Shown piece by piece: positions 37,754 through 49,400 of a stretch of 64,000 nucleotides of DNA. The position numbers were made by a program, and so were the translations under genes. Below the pieces are notes generated by a model that was given only the letters and a program-made list of their open reading frames with translations, was not told the origin of the DNA and searched no databases. The stretch covers positions 26,910,001 through 26,974,000 of the forward strand of contig CM097885.1 in NCBI GenBank assembly GCA_044892525.1, in the 5' to 3' direction. The DNA comes from Schmidtea polychroa. Lineage: Eukaryota. How positions within the stretch are numbered: the first letter of the stretch is position 1; the number at the start of each line of letters is the position of its first letter.

Positions 37754-40700
37754 TGCCACCACTTCTAGCGGCAGAGGTGGGAGGCAAAATTTCATCAAAA
37801 TCAGATTTATTTTTAATAGAAGCAGAGTCAAACGCTTTTAATATATTGTCGTCTCCTTCCAACAGACTAAAATTCCTTGTCGACACTGGTTCCAGCTTGT
37901 CGATCTTACCTAAAGAGTACCTTCCAGACCTCAACACTGTCGATATTTCTTTGAAGGCCGCAAACGGTAGTGTTGTTGAGACTTTAGGTTCAAAGACAAT
38001 TGCTTTCTCGTTGCCATTTCTGTCCGACCAATTATTTGAGTGGAAATTTTATATAGCAGAGGTTATTATCCCCATATTAGGATCTGATTTTTTAAGCGCT
38101 AACGAACTACTCGTCGATTGCCGTGGACGCACTTTAAGGATAAATAACCAATTAAACTGCAGCACTATTCCCTCAAACATCTTTGAAGATCCACAACGGA
38201 TAGGAACGGACGATATAAATACTACTCCGTCGAAAACGGTTATAACAATCGAACACCCAAAAATAGCCGTAGATATTATTAATAGGTGTTTTAACACGCC
38301 AATAAGTGACGTTTCGAAGCCGCTTTACTGCCACACGATCGACACAACTTCATCTTTACCAGTTAGATGCAAAATTAGACCACTGTCGAATGAAAAACTC
38401 GAATTTGTACGTTCCGAGTTCACTAACCTCTTACATGAGGGTACCATTCGGAGATCTAAATCTCCATGGTCATCGCCATTGCACCTGGTCCCAAAAAAAG
38501 ATGGCACTTTCCGTCCGTGTGGCGACTATCGAAACCTTAATGCTATTACGGTACATGATTCCTATAGCATGCCGCTTGTTAGTGATATCCTTCACCGTCT
38601 TTCAAAGGCAAAGATTTTCTCCACAATCGACCTCGTGAAGGCGTACCATCAGATACCCGTGCGAGAGTCTGACATAGAAAAAACAGCCGTAATAACTCCG
38701 ATCGGACTTTTCGAGTACGTGCATATGCCATTTGGCCTTCGGAATTCTGCACAGACCTTTCAAAGGTATATTGATCAAGTCTTAATGGACCTACCTTTCG
38801 CAGTTCCATACATAGACGACATTTTAATCGGATCACCTGACTTAGAGACGCATATAACCCATCTAACAAGAACTTTAACAGCACTTCGGCAATACAACCT
38901 TAAGGTAAACGTCGATAAGTGTACCTTCTTCCAACACGAGACTCGTTTCCTGGGACATTTAATTTCCGCAGATGGAATCCGACCTCCTCCGGATAGACTA
39001 GATACCATAGCCAAATTCCCACTTCCAAAAACAGTTTCACAACTGAGAAGTTTTTTGGGAACGATAAACTATTGTCATCGTTTTATTCCAGGGGTTTCTG
39101 ACATTTTGTCACCTCTTTCAGGTCTCGTCTCAAAACCAAAAAAGTCTTTAGTGTCATGGAGCGATACCACACTCAGTGCATTTGAAAACGCTAAGTCGGC
39201 ACTTTCGAAAATTCAAACACTCCATTTTCCCAATGCTGATTTACCTTGTAGTCTGACCACTGATGCATCAAACGTTGCTATTGGTGCAGTATTACACCAA
39301 TTACATAATGACATTTCTGAACCCTTAGAGTTTTTCTCAAAGAAACTTTCTTCCGCACAACGGAAATATTCGGCTTTCGACCGAGAACTCTTAGGCATAT
39401 ATCTTTCAATCAAACATTTCAAGCACTTGCTTGAAGGTCGTCCTTTTGTCATCTACACTGACCACAAACCGCTAACTTATCTTTTTGGAATGAAAGACCC
39501 ATCTCCACGACAACAGAGGCAAATCAGTTATATTTCAGAATTTTCTTGCGAAATACGCCACATTGCCGGCAAAGAAAACGTTATTGCAGACTGTCTTTCC
39601 CGCAGCACCAACGCTATATTGCACGATCCGATATTTCCAGTACAGTGCCTCCGCGACAATCCACCTTCGGCAAAAGATCTAGCTGCTTTTGGCGATAAAC
39701 TTGAAATCGTGGACGGAGTACACTTTGACTCGTCTTTATCAGGTGTTTTAAGACCGATTTTGCACGATTCCTTACGGAAATTAGCTTTCCACTCCATTCA
39801 CGACTTACATCATCCAGGCTCGTCGGCTACCTTTAACCTATTGCATTCACATGTGGTTTGGCCAGCAATGAGGCACGATATTAAATTGTGGGTGAGTCAG
39901 TGCATCGGTTGTCAACAACACAAGATCACTAGACACACTAAGCCACAGATGATTCACTATCCGACCGGAAATAGGTTCGAAATTCTTCACATCGACCTGG
40001 TCGGCCCCTTGCCTTCTGATCGCGGTTTTTCTTACTTATTAACTATGATTGACCGGAAAACGCGTTGGTTTGAAGTTATTCCTCTGAAAAACATTTCTGC
40101 TGAAATTGTAGCAAATTCAATTTTGCAACATTGGATTTCTAGATACGGTGTTCTGAAATCAATAATCACAGACAGGGGATCTCAGTTTGAATCCCAGTTA
40201 TTTCAACAGCTAACTGAAAAGCTCGGTATACAACACCTCCGTTCAACTGCTTACCATCCTCAGACAAACGGCATGATCGAAAGATTTCACCGTACTTTGA
40301 AGACCTCTCTTGGAATACTTTCATCGAGACTTAATTGGACTAAAGCTTTACCTTTTGTCCTTCTTGGTTGGCGTAACACACCCTCCAGGACTACCGGAAC
40401 TACACCGGCACAGTTACTTTTCGGTTCTTCAACATCGTTACCTAACGAATTAGTTGATTTCGATAACGCTCCTACCTTTGAGGAATTAGATATGGCTAGA
40501 GATCATTTTCTTTCGATCGATAGCAACCCACAGTTTTCGTATGCTTCCTCATATACACCGTACGTCCCAAAGTCCTTCAAGGACGCAACTCACGTTTATC
40601 TTCGTAATATTACGGATTCAGGTCTCAAACCGAGATATTCGGGGCCTTACAAATTGATCGACATTAAGGATAACAATGCTCACATCGTTATTAACGGTGT

Positions 40701-41118
40701 TACCCAAAATATAAATTTGTGCCGACTTAAACCGGCTTTTATGATTTCTGATGACGTGGACGAGGACAAACTTCACTCTGATTTAGAGAAAGTCTCAGTC
40801 GAACCCATTTCAACTACGTCGAACGAAAACCTTTCAGTAGAACCGGCCACGGACTCAAACGAAATCGCGCGTACCATGATCACAAACTACCAACGCGATG
40901 AAAATTTAGCTACAGAGAATACACATTCAGCAACAACAAATCCACTTAATCTTCGCTCAATTGTTTCGAAACCCGACAAGCAGCGAACCGCGAAAAATGT
41001 GAAACATAGTGATAAGATTTGGGTGCGCCAAATTGGGGAAGACATTTCCAAACCTCCAAGACTTGCCAGAGTCTATTCCAATGAAAACTTGACACATCTG
41101 ATGCTGAAATTCACTTAA
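37753..41118 (+). CDS. pol: Element B Pol: protease, RT, RNase H, integrase
   Basis: FLVDTGSS, YIDD, TTDASNVAIG, HHPG...CIGCQ, HIDLVGP, TDRGSQF, NGMIERFH. Confidence 0.97.
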   Translation: MPPLLAAEVGGKISSKSDLFLIEAESNAFNILSSPSNRLKFLVDTGSSLSILPKEYLPDLNTVDISLKAANGSVVETLGSKTIAFSLPFLSDQLFEWKFYIAEVIIPILGSDFLSANELLVDCRGRTLRINNQLNCSTIPSNIFEDPQRIGTDDINTTPSKTVITIEHPKIAVDIINRCFNTPISDVSKPLYCHTIDTTSSLPVRCKIRPLSNEKLEFVRSEFTNLLHEGTIRRSKSPWSSPLHLVPKKDGTFRPCGDYRNLNAITVHDSYSMPLVSDILHRLSKAKIFSTIDLVKAYHQIPVRESDIEKTAVITPIGLFEYVHMPFGLRNSAQTFQRYIDQVLMDLPFAVPYIDDILIGSPDLETHITHLTRTLTALRQYNLKVNVDKCTFFQHETRFLGHLISADGIRPPPDRLDTIAKFPLPKTVSQLRSFLGTINYCHRFIPGVSDILSPLSGLVSKPKKSLVSWSDTTLSAFENAKSALSKIQTLHFPNADLPCSLTTDASNVAIGAVLHQLHNDISEPLEFFSKKLSSAQRKYSAFDRELLGIYLSIKHFKHLLEGRPFVIYTDHKPLTYLFGMKDPSPRQQRQISYISEFSCEIRHIAGKENVIADCLSRSTNAILHDPIFPVQCLRDNPPSAKDLAAFGDKLEIVDGVHFDSSLSGVLRPILHDSLRKLAFHSIHDLHHPGSSATFNLLHSHVVWPAMRHDIKLWVSQCIGCQQHKITRHTKPQMIHYPTGNRFEILHIDLVGPLPSDRGFSYLLTMIDRKTRWFEVIPLKNISAEIVANSILQHWISRYGVLKSIITDRGSQFESQLFQQLTEKLGIQHLRSTAYHPQTNGMIERFHRTLKTSLGILSSRLNWTKALPFVLLGWRNTPSRTTGTTPAQLLFGSSTSLPNELVDFDNAPTFEELDMARDHFLSIDSNPQFSYASSYTPYVPKSFKDATHVYLRNITDSGLKPRYSGPYKLIDIKDNNAHIVINGVTQNINLCRLKPAFMISDDVDEDKLHSDLEKVSVEPISTTSNENLSVEPATDSNEIARTMITNYQRDENLATENTHSATTNPLNLRSIVSKPDKQRTAKNVKHSDKIWVRQIGEDISKPPRLARVYSNENLTHLMLKFT

Positions 41119-42328
41119 CTTTATTCCATGTGATCAATTAATTCATCAATCGCCGATTTCCTTTTTAGACACTATCTACCTTTGATAAATTGTCACTACT
41201 TTTCGACTTACATCTTGTTTCTAGTAGATCTTTCATCAATCTCTATTCTTGAGTCCCTGTGCGCTCCGCGACTTCCCGTGGGGCTGATGTAGTGAGCCGT
41301 TACACGGCCTTAACAATATCTATATACCTATTATACTATATTATATTATATTATACGATATTATATTATATATATAAATGCGCGGTCACCAGCGACTAAG
41401 GACCAAACAGAACACAATAACAGTCAATCAAAATTCGTGCGATCAGCTAATACTTCTACTTATCAATCAGGCTCTATTAATCAATCTCAGAAGAGTAAAG
41501 CAAATTCGATGCCATGTTATCATTATCAAGATAAACTGTATTCGGCTCCCAATAGTTTTAGTGTTGGCTCTCATAGACCAACACCCTCATCCATTACAAT
41601 TCGCGAAATACGGAACAAATCCCAACAATAATATAAAAACCTAAATTTGTTTATTTTGCATTTATTTATTAGTAATTGACTATTTGAAATTCTTACGCGA
41701 ACTTTATAAAATCGTTAAGCTTTTTAAATTATATATTTTTAAAAATCTGTTTATTTTTTATCGAATGATATAATTTTGTATTTTTTGTAACTTTGTTTAC
41801 TTATATGTATAAATTTTGTAAAAGATTTCCTGGCTTGTTTATATATTCCAAAAAAAATGAATAAACTGGGTGTTTTAAAATATTACAATTGTAGTTGTTT
41901 TTTGAGAATTATAATTCGTTTTCAATCTTGATCGATATATTTGGATATTGATTTTGAAATAATATACTTATCCTGATCGTATTAATAACAGCTTATTGAA
42001 ATTGTATAATCGGACATGTTCCCGTTTTCTAAATCAATTTTCATGATTCTCGGAAGTTTTCAAGAAGACACAGAAAATCTAAAAAATCTTGATCCCAGAT
42101 TTTGGATTACTCGCGAAACCTATCATCGTGCGATTGCCAAATTACCAGAAAGGACTACGCCAACCACAACAATATGGAAGATAGATACAATGTCCCTGGG
42201 AAATATACTATATTGAGAGAAGACGGAAAAAACATCAGCGACTCCATGGGTTTCATTTCGTCGGTGGAGTCAAGACAATAAATTGTGAAATAGGAAATGA
42301 ACGACGAAGAGACGAGGCAGAAGAAGAG

Positions 42329-45300
42329 ATGTACCAGACGAAAGATGGAAGAAATTGGAGTAAAATAATGTTGAATAATGCCGAAACAGAGATGTTATGG
42401 GATTCTGGAGCATCAGTAACAGTTATGAGCAAGAATTTGTGGGAGAAAATAGGCAAACCAGAACTTAAACGTAGTATGATATTATTGTGCGGAGTTTTTT
42501 CAACTGGAGGTGAAGAAGCAATGGGATACATGACTATACCGGCCACGTGGAATCAGAAGACCAAAATGATCACAGTAGTAGTGGTAAAAGAGATCAAACC
42601 CGAATTCATAGGAGGCATTGATACAATGAAAGAGTTTGTTGTAAAGTTAATGAAAATCAATAATATAGAAACGTCATTGATAAACAAAATTTACACTGAT
42701 GAAGAAAGAATAAATAAAGCACTAGTGGCGATGGCAGGTGAGAATAATAAAGATATGGAAGGAATGATCAGGGAATTCGGCGGAATTTTTATGGCATCGA
42801 AATTCGATCTGGGATTTACAAACTTAGTTCGAGATGAGATGCGGATAACAGGAGGCCCAATAATGCAACATCCTCGACGTCAACCAATGCACATGGAGAA
42901 AAGGATTGAAGAACTGATAAAAGAGTTAAAGAAAGCAAATGTTATTCGGTGTTGCAAGAGTCCTTGGAATGCCCCGTTAGTGATAGTAGGGAAGAAAGAT
43001 GGATCTATCAGGATGTGTGTAGATTATCGCGGATTAAATTCCATAACAGAAAAAGAGTCATTTCCGATGCCTAACACCAAATTCTTACTAGACTGTCTCG
43101 CGAATGCAAAAATATTTTCGTCAATCGATTTAGGTCAGGCGTATTATCAAGTGGAGTTAGCTCCAGAAATTCAAGAGATGACTGCATTCAGTACAAGAGA
43201 AGGACAATTTTGCTTCAATAGACTACCATTTGGCTTAGCAACAGCTCCTGCGACATTCCAGAGACTGATGCACACAGTGCTAGAAGGAATGCTATTCAAG
43301 GGAGTAGTAGTTTATCTAGATGATATCTTGGTATATGGTAAAAGTCAAAAAGACCACGATGAGCTATTAAGGGAAATATTCAGAAGAATTCAAGTGGCAG
43401 GACTGAAGATAAATCCAGAAAAATGCAAATTCAATAAAACAGAATTGTGTTTCCTTGGTCACACAATTAACGAGAAGGGTATCCAGACAAACAGGAAGAA
43501 AGTGGAAGAGATCGAGAAAGCAGAAGTACCAAAATGTTCAAAACAATTGAGATCGTTTCTCGGATTAACGAACTACTATAGAAGATTCATCAAAGACTAT
43601 GCCAAAATCGCCGAACCATTATACGCTGCAACATCTGGATGCGATAAAGATATAAGTTGGACTAAAGAATGCAATGAGAGCTTCCAAACTCTGAAGAGAC
43701 GGTTGTGCGAAGCACCTATCCTTGATTTTCCAAGAGAAGATAGGACTTTTATCTTAGACACAGACGCTAGTTTTGGAGCCATTGGTGCAGTTTTGAGTCA
43801 AATTACAGAAGATGGAGAAGAATCTGTCATAGCTTATGGCTCGAGACATATGTCATCACATGAAAAGGGATACTGTGTAACCAGGAAAGAACTGCTCGCC
43901 GTACATGAATACGTCATGCATTTTAGAGAATATCTGTACGGAAAAAAATTCATAATTCGCACCGACCACAAGGCATTGGTTTTCATGAACACTACAAAAA
44001 CGCCAATCAGTCCGCAGTTCCAAACATGGTTAGCTAACCTGTCGGAATATGATTTTGAACTAAAATATCGGAAAGGCGAAGAACACTCGAATGCAGATGG
44101 ACTATCAAGATTAAAAAGTATGGTTTGCACTCAGTGTCAAACAAGACATGAAGAAGCTAAGCAAGGAAAATCAAAGATTAGATATATATATACTATCCAA
44201 AGAACAGAAGCTATGGAAAAAGTATGGGAACAACAACAAAAGGACATTCGGTTTCAAGAGCTGCGAGAGATATTGGAAAATGGATGTACACGGGAGAAAA
44301 AGAATTGTTTTCCTTTTAACGTAAAAAATACACGAATTAATGGAGGATTAATAACAGTAGAAAAGAACAAAAATATCTTAATGTTAGTCCCAGAAACATT
44401 TGCAGGCCTGTTAACAACAACACTACATGAAGAACTATGTCACATTGTAGTTAAGAAATTATTTCATTATATGGAAAAGATATTTTATTGGCCGAAAATG
44501 CAAGAAACAATCCAACTCTGTTTACGATGTTGCGAGATCTGCGCTAAGAGAAAGATCGATCAGACAAGAACCAAGGAAACATTTATTCCTAGATATAGCT
44601 CTGAATTCCTAGAACAGATTGTTATAGATGTGGCTTACATGGAAATAAACGCCATGAAAAAATATATGGTAGTAATGGTGGACCGTTTTAGCAAACTGAT
44701 TTCTTTAACTGCAATAACAAAGCAAGACGAAGGGACCATTTTCAAAACAATACTTAATAGTTGGATCTATCGATTTGGAAAACCGAAGAGCATTTTAACA
44801 GATAGAGGCCGAAATTTCGAAGGGAATTTCCTAAGACAGAAGCTACAGAAACTTGGAATCAAACAGGAATTCAGCTCGCCTTATCAGCACCAATCAAATG
44901 GTTTAGCCGAAAGAGCCATACGAACGATAAGAGATCTTATTACAGCAACATTGGCAGGCGGATGTGAAGAGAGAAACTGGCACGAACTTCTACCCAGAAT
45001 AGAGTTCACTATAAATAGCAGTCGACAAAGTGCTACAGGTTTATCACCATTTGAGATAATCTATGGACGGAGTGTTAACCTACACTCTAACCTGAAACAA
45101 GCCGAGATATCAAGAAGCGAAAGAATCGAAGACGCGAGATTTAATTCGAGTAAAGCCGCAGACACTATGAGAGCTATGGATAAGACAAAGAGGGGCACTC
45201 GTGTTTTCGAGGTGGGGGAGGAGGTACTCGTACGTAAAGAGCCGCAGAACAGGCACAAGGATGGTATGCAATACGATGGCCCATATAAAATCGCCAGATT

Positions 45301-45388
45301 TCTATCACCTCATCGAGTCGAACTACATTCACAAGAAGGAACGAAAGAAAGAAGAATCGAGTGGCTGAAGAAGTGGAAAAATTCTTAA
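42329..45388 (+). CDS. pol: Element A Pol: protease, RT, RNase H, integrase
   Basis: WDSGAS, YLDD, LDTDASFGAIG, TDRGRNFE, SNGLAER. The frame is open back to the slippery site at 42227. Confidence 0.96.
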   Translation: MYQTKDGRNWSKIMLNNAETEMLWDSGASVTVMSKNLWEKIGKPELKRSMILLCGVFSTGGEEAMGYMTIPATWNQKTKMITVVVVKEIKPEFIGGIDTMKEFVVKLMKINNIETSLINKIYTDEERINKALVAMAGENNKDMEGMIREFGGIFMASKFDLGFTNLVRDEMRITGGPIMQHPRRQPMHMEKRIEELIKELKKANVIRCCKSPWNAPLVIVGKKDGSIRMCVDYRGLNSITEKESFPMPNTKFLLDCLANAKIFSSIDLGQAYYQVELAPEIQEMTAFSTREGQFCFNRLPFGLATAPATFQRLMHTVLEGMLFKGVVVYLDDILVYGKSQKDHDELLREIFRRIQVAGLKINPEKCKFNKTELCFLGHTINEKGIQTNRKKVEEIEKAEVPKCSKQLRSFLGLTNYYRRFIKDYAKIAEPLYAATSGCDKDISWTKECNESFQTLKRRLCEAPILDFPREDRTFILDTDASFGAIGAVLSQITEDGEESVIAYGSRHMSSHEKGYCVTRKELLAVHEYVMHFREYLYGKKFIIRTDHKALVFMNTTKTPISPQFQTWLANLSEYDFELKYRKGEEHSNADGLSRLKSMVCTQCQTRHEEAKQGKSKIRYIYTIQRTEAMEKVWEQQQKDIRFQELREILENGCTREKKNCFPFNVKNTRINGGLITVEKNKNILMLVPETFAGLLTTTLHEELCHIVVKKLFHYMEKIFYWPKMQETIQLCLRCCEICAKRKIDQTRTKETFIPRYSSEFLEQIVIDVAYMEINAMKKYMVVMVDRFSKLISLTAITKQDEGTIFKTILNSWIYRFGKPKSILTDRGRNFEGNFLRQKLQKLGIKQEFSSPYQHQSNGLAERAIRTIRDLITATLAGGCEERNWHELLPRIEFTINSSRQSATGLSPFEIIYGRSVNLHSNLKQAEISRSERIEDARFNSSKAADTMRAMDKTKRGTRVFEVGEEVLVRKEPQNRHKDGMQYDGPYKIARFLSPHRVELHSQEGTKERRIEWLKKWKNS

Positions 45389-45741
45389 GAAGGGGAGAGT
45401 TAGATATCTGTTTGTTTAAATAATTTGGATTTGGCAGATTTTGTGAATTAATTAAAACTTGTTATTTAGAAATTCTTTGATTAAATATATATTATTAGTT
45501 TGAAGATCTTTGTTGCAAATTTAAAGATGGATCTAAAGATGGATTTAACTAAGTTACTTTTCAATTAATTTTAATTTATGTAATTTATCATTTTAATTTT
45601 ATTTTCATACTATTGAAATGTATTATAGACTCAAAATTAAATAAAAAAAACGAATACCTTCTTCGAGGAAAAAATTGAAAATTAATCAATTAAAAATTTT
45701 ACAGCAAATAAAACAAATATATTTTCCAAATTTACGGTCTA

Positions 45742-46411
45742 TTAGACTGGTTTTGAGATTGACGAAGATGTTGAATGACGTAAATTACTTGGTGGCTCTT
45801 CTGAATTCTGTGAACATGATTTTGAATTTAATCTTAACGGAACCGAACAGCTATGAGAAAACATATTACTTTTTTCATTTTTTGTTTGAGATTTTCGACT
45901 ATTTGTGTCGTTATCACTGTCATCATCAAGCACACTATTCGGTGTTCTGATTTTTGAGATCGGTAATAATTCCTTTACTTTGTAATAATCATACAATGTC
46001 TTGCCAAGATTTTGCCCTAACCTGCAATCTAGGAAAATTGATGAAGGAAACAACAATACCATTGACAGGGTTATAAAATTAAATGAAAAATTAGCCAAAA
46101 CAAAATAAAAAAAAACAAAAAAATGACGAATTATTATATAGTAAATAACAGTTAAAAGAGAATTAATAGTCAAAATTGGACAAATTATGCATCATTCGAT
46201 AGAGGAAAGTCGATTATGGGATAATATTAAAATAAAAATGCCATGTTGTCGATCAAAATTAAAAGTCAATTAATCAATAATTATGTATTTTGATTTTTAC
46301 GATTTTATTATTAAAAAATAAATAGTGAAACTGATTTGTCATTTTATTCGTAACGTATTTTTATTGAAAAATAATCATTGACCTATAGTAGAAATATAAG
46401 ATATATGAAGA

Positions 46412-46492
<81 letters not shown>

Positions 46493-49400
46493 TTAGCATA
46501 ACCCTTTAACTACTCTGTACATCATATGATGCCCAATGGATTTTGGTAAGGGAAAATATTATAAATGATGAAAATAATTATGAAACAGCCCTATAAATTT
46601 TTTTCATGTTGTGTTTTGATGATACAAATTTTCCTTTAAATTTAAAAAACGATTTTCTGAAAATAGTCAATAATTTTAATTACTTTTCAATTTTTAAAGC
46701 ATATTAAGACGAAGATTCCAGTAAATTTAAAATATATGATTCACCTGAAAATTATGTAGATATATGGGAAGAAACAATGGACAATGGGGATCAACAAGAT
46801 GATGTTGATTATGGCGCATTGTTTGAAGAACTAAAGAACTAAAATCAATTGGCCAAATTTTGAATGATTTTGGTAGCTTGACAGCTAAGAGACCAGATAG
46901 AAGGAGTGTAAGTGAAGGGGATGGAAGATTAGGAACAGTAAATGCCACGGAAAGAAATTATTAAGATTATATCCCAGGAACAATGATGAGGTCTAAGGGA
47001 CAAAGAAGGTGTGAAGTATGTGCTAAAACTAACATTGGAACAACAACAAGAACTAGTGTTCAAACCTGGTGTCCAGAGTGTAAAGTGGGATTATATATCG
47101 AAGAATGTTATAAAATTTTTTTTGAATAAAATAAGTATTTGTGAAAATATTTTTAGTTGTTAAAAATTAGTTTTATTAATTAGAATTTCTGTTATATTCT
47201 GTATAATTCTTTGTCTTTTATTCCGAGTATCATTTTTTATTATGTTTACAATTTTTTAGTCTGTTATTTTTTTGTGAGGGATTAAAAATGTTTTTAAATG
47301 CCATAGTTAAAGGGTTAAGAATTATGAGGATAATTAAATAAATAATATTTAATTCTCGTTTAAAAAGCATGTTAAAAACTTATATAAAATTATAATAATA
47401 AATTATAAAGTTGCAAATAAGTTTAAATTTAAAATCTGGAATGATGAAATAACTTGATTGTAAAATTTGTGTTTAAGATTGTTTGAAAGTTAAAAAGAAA
47501 AAATATTTATTGAATGTTTATGTATGAATATTCTCCATTCAATTGCTAACTCATGCTTACTAAAATATCATCAAAATAATTAAAAATAATTAAAAAATCA
47601 AATATGAAAACTGTACAAAATATTATTTGCGCATTACAAGTATTGAATTGAGTCTGATGTATGAGTCTATTAGATTTAATACAATACACGAAAGAGGTTA
47701 AAACAAAATTAAAAAAAGATCCGGATCGAACAAAAACTGCTGAGAGGACAGTGGTATTTTTTGTTTTTTATACCACTGTTTTCTCAGCAGTTGTTTTTTG
47801 ATCCGGATCTTTTTTTAAAATTTTTTTAAATATCTTTCGTGTATTGAATTAATTCTAATAGACTCATACATCAGACTTAATTCAATACTTGTAATACTCT
47901 CATCTTATCACTTCTCGCTCACAAAGCCGATTTCAGCTGTGATTTAAACGCATTACCGAAATAACGAAGGATTCGAAACACCGAAAGTTTCGTTTTTGTA
48001 TTTTTAACGAATGTTATTAATTTAAGGAATCTAGCGTAACAATAAAATATGCTCAACTAATTTAACAAAAGTTACCATGATTATAAGTCAAAATTTCAAA
48101 AAAATTAATTATATTTATCTTAGATAAGTTTAGGTAAACCTGTGTTTTAGCGTCCGAAATTTAATTTTTTAACATTTTTTTATTCAATTGACATTTACTA
48201 TTTTTTAAATATTAATAAATCGATTATTTGAATAATCATGGCTGGGGCACCAAGCATTGTTCCCGTTAATCTTGTTCTAAACGCTAAAGTTATTAACTAG
48301 GAGGTATGAGAAAATATGTGGATGCAAGCCAATTGCAAACTGAAACGACAGTTTGGAATCAGCCGCGCTATGTTCCTTTCATACCTAAATGAATATATGT
48401 ACAGGAATAAGTTTTGTCAACAGGATGTATTTCCTAAATTCATTATTGCAATCGCTGAGAATTATGTTTAGTAACATTTATTTCATGACGTCATCCTCAC
48501 TGTACACTTAATAACAGTTTTGTTTCATAAATAAAAGTTGTCAGTCATTTCTTATTGTTCTATCAAATGTATAATGGTTAAAAAAATAGTTGAAAAAAAA
48601 TAAAATAAAATTTCTGACGCTAAAACCCAGCTTTATCTAAGTTTATAATATTTAATATGGTGTACAATATTAAAACAAATACTTGATTACATTGAAAAAA
48701 TAATACATTATTCGATAGAAAAGTCAATTTTCAGAAAATATTGAAATAAAATTGTAATATTGACCATTAAAATTAAAAATTATAGTAAAATTTAAAGTAA
48801 TTATCTAATGATAGTTGGGCAATATTAGTAAAAATGGAAAGCATTTTTCGAAAATTCCCTGAATCATAAATTGCTTGACAAGCATCTTTATTTTTTGCTT
48901 TAAATAATTCAATTTATTTAGAGTTCTTGAATATCTTAACGAATTTAAATATTCTTAAACTAAAAAATCTAGTGAGATTAAATGGAAAATGTCAGTTGTC
49001 AAGCAATTCAACCAATTGAATCTGCTTTTCCTATCCTTTGGCATTATCATTTTCAACCATAAATTCACAGAAACAACATCATACAATAACCATTGAGATG
49101 CACGTCTTCTAATGATAATCTTCAATTAACATAGCAGCCCAAACATTTAATGTTAACCTATGATGATGCCTTGATACTACAACAGAGTAAAAATCTTTCA
49201 CGGTTTGTTTTGTTTTTAGTAAAGACGATTGTTTTACGGTTTTTCAACTTCTTCGCCTGCATATTTTTCAATGATTTCATTAACAAGCATGGATATGGAT
49301 GCTTTTCTTGGCCTATTCTTGTGTTTTTTCAAGTGTTCATTATATATGTCTCCGTATATTATATAAGAGTTATATGTAGCAATATCCAAAAGATTGTAAA

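Larger units (their letters stand above)
34132..42171 (+). mobile_element. Ty3/gypsy element B, apparently intact (LTRs 34132-35167 and 41288-42171)
   Basis: TGT...ACA LTRs, TSD ATATG, PBS TGGTGTCAGAAGTG (tRNA-Leu-type), two uninterrupted ORFs. Confidence 0.97.
32800..45550 (+). mobile_element. Ty3/gypsy element A (153-bp LTRs 32800-32952 and 45398-45550), interrupted by element B
   Basis: LTRs AGT...ACT with one visible mismatch, TSD AAGTT, PBS TGGCGACCACGCC, PPT GAAGGGGAG. Confidence 0.96.

Noticed and set aside
38049..39797. Antisense and alternate-frame ORFs over pol and transposase genes
   Set aside because: Shadow ORFs of long coding regions.
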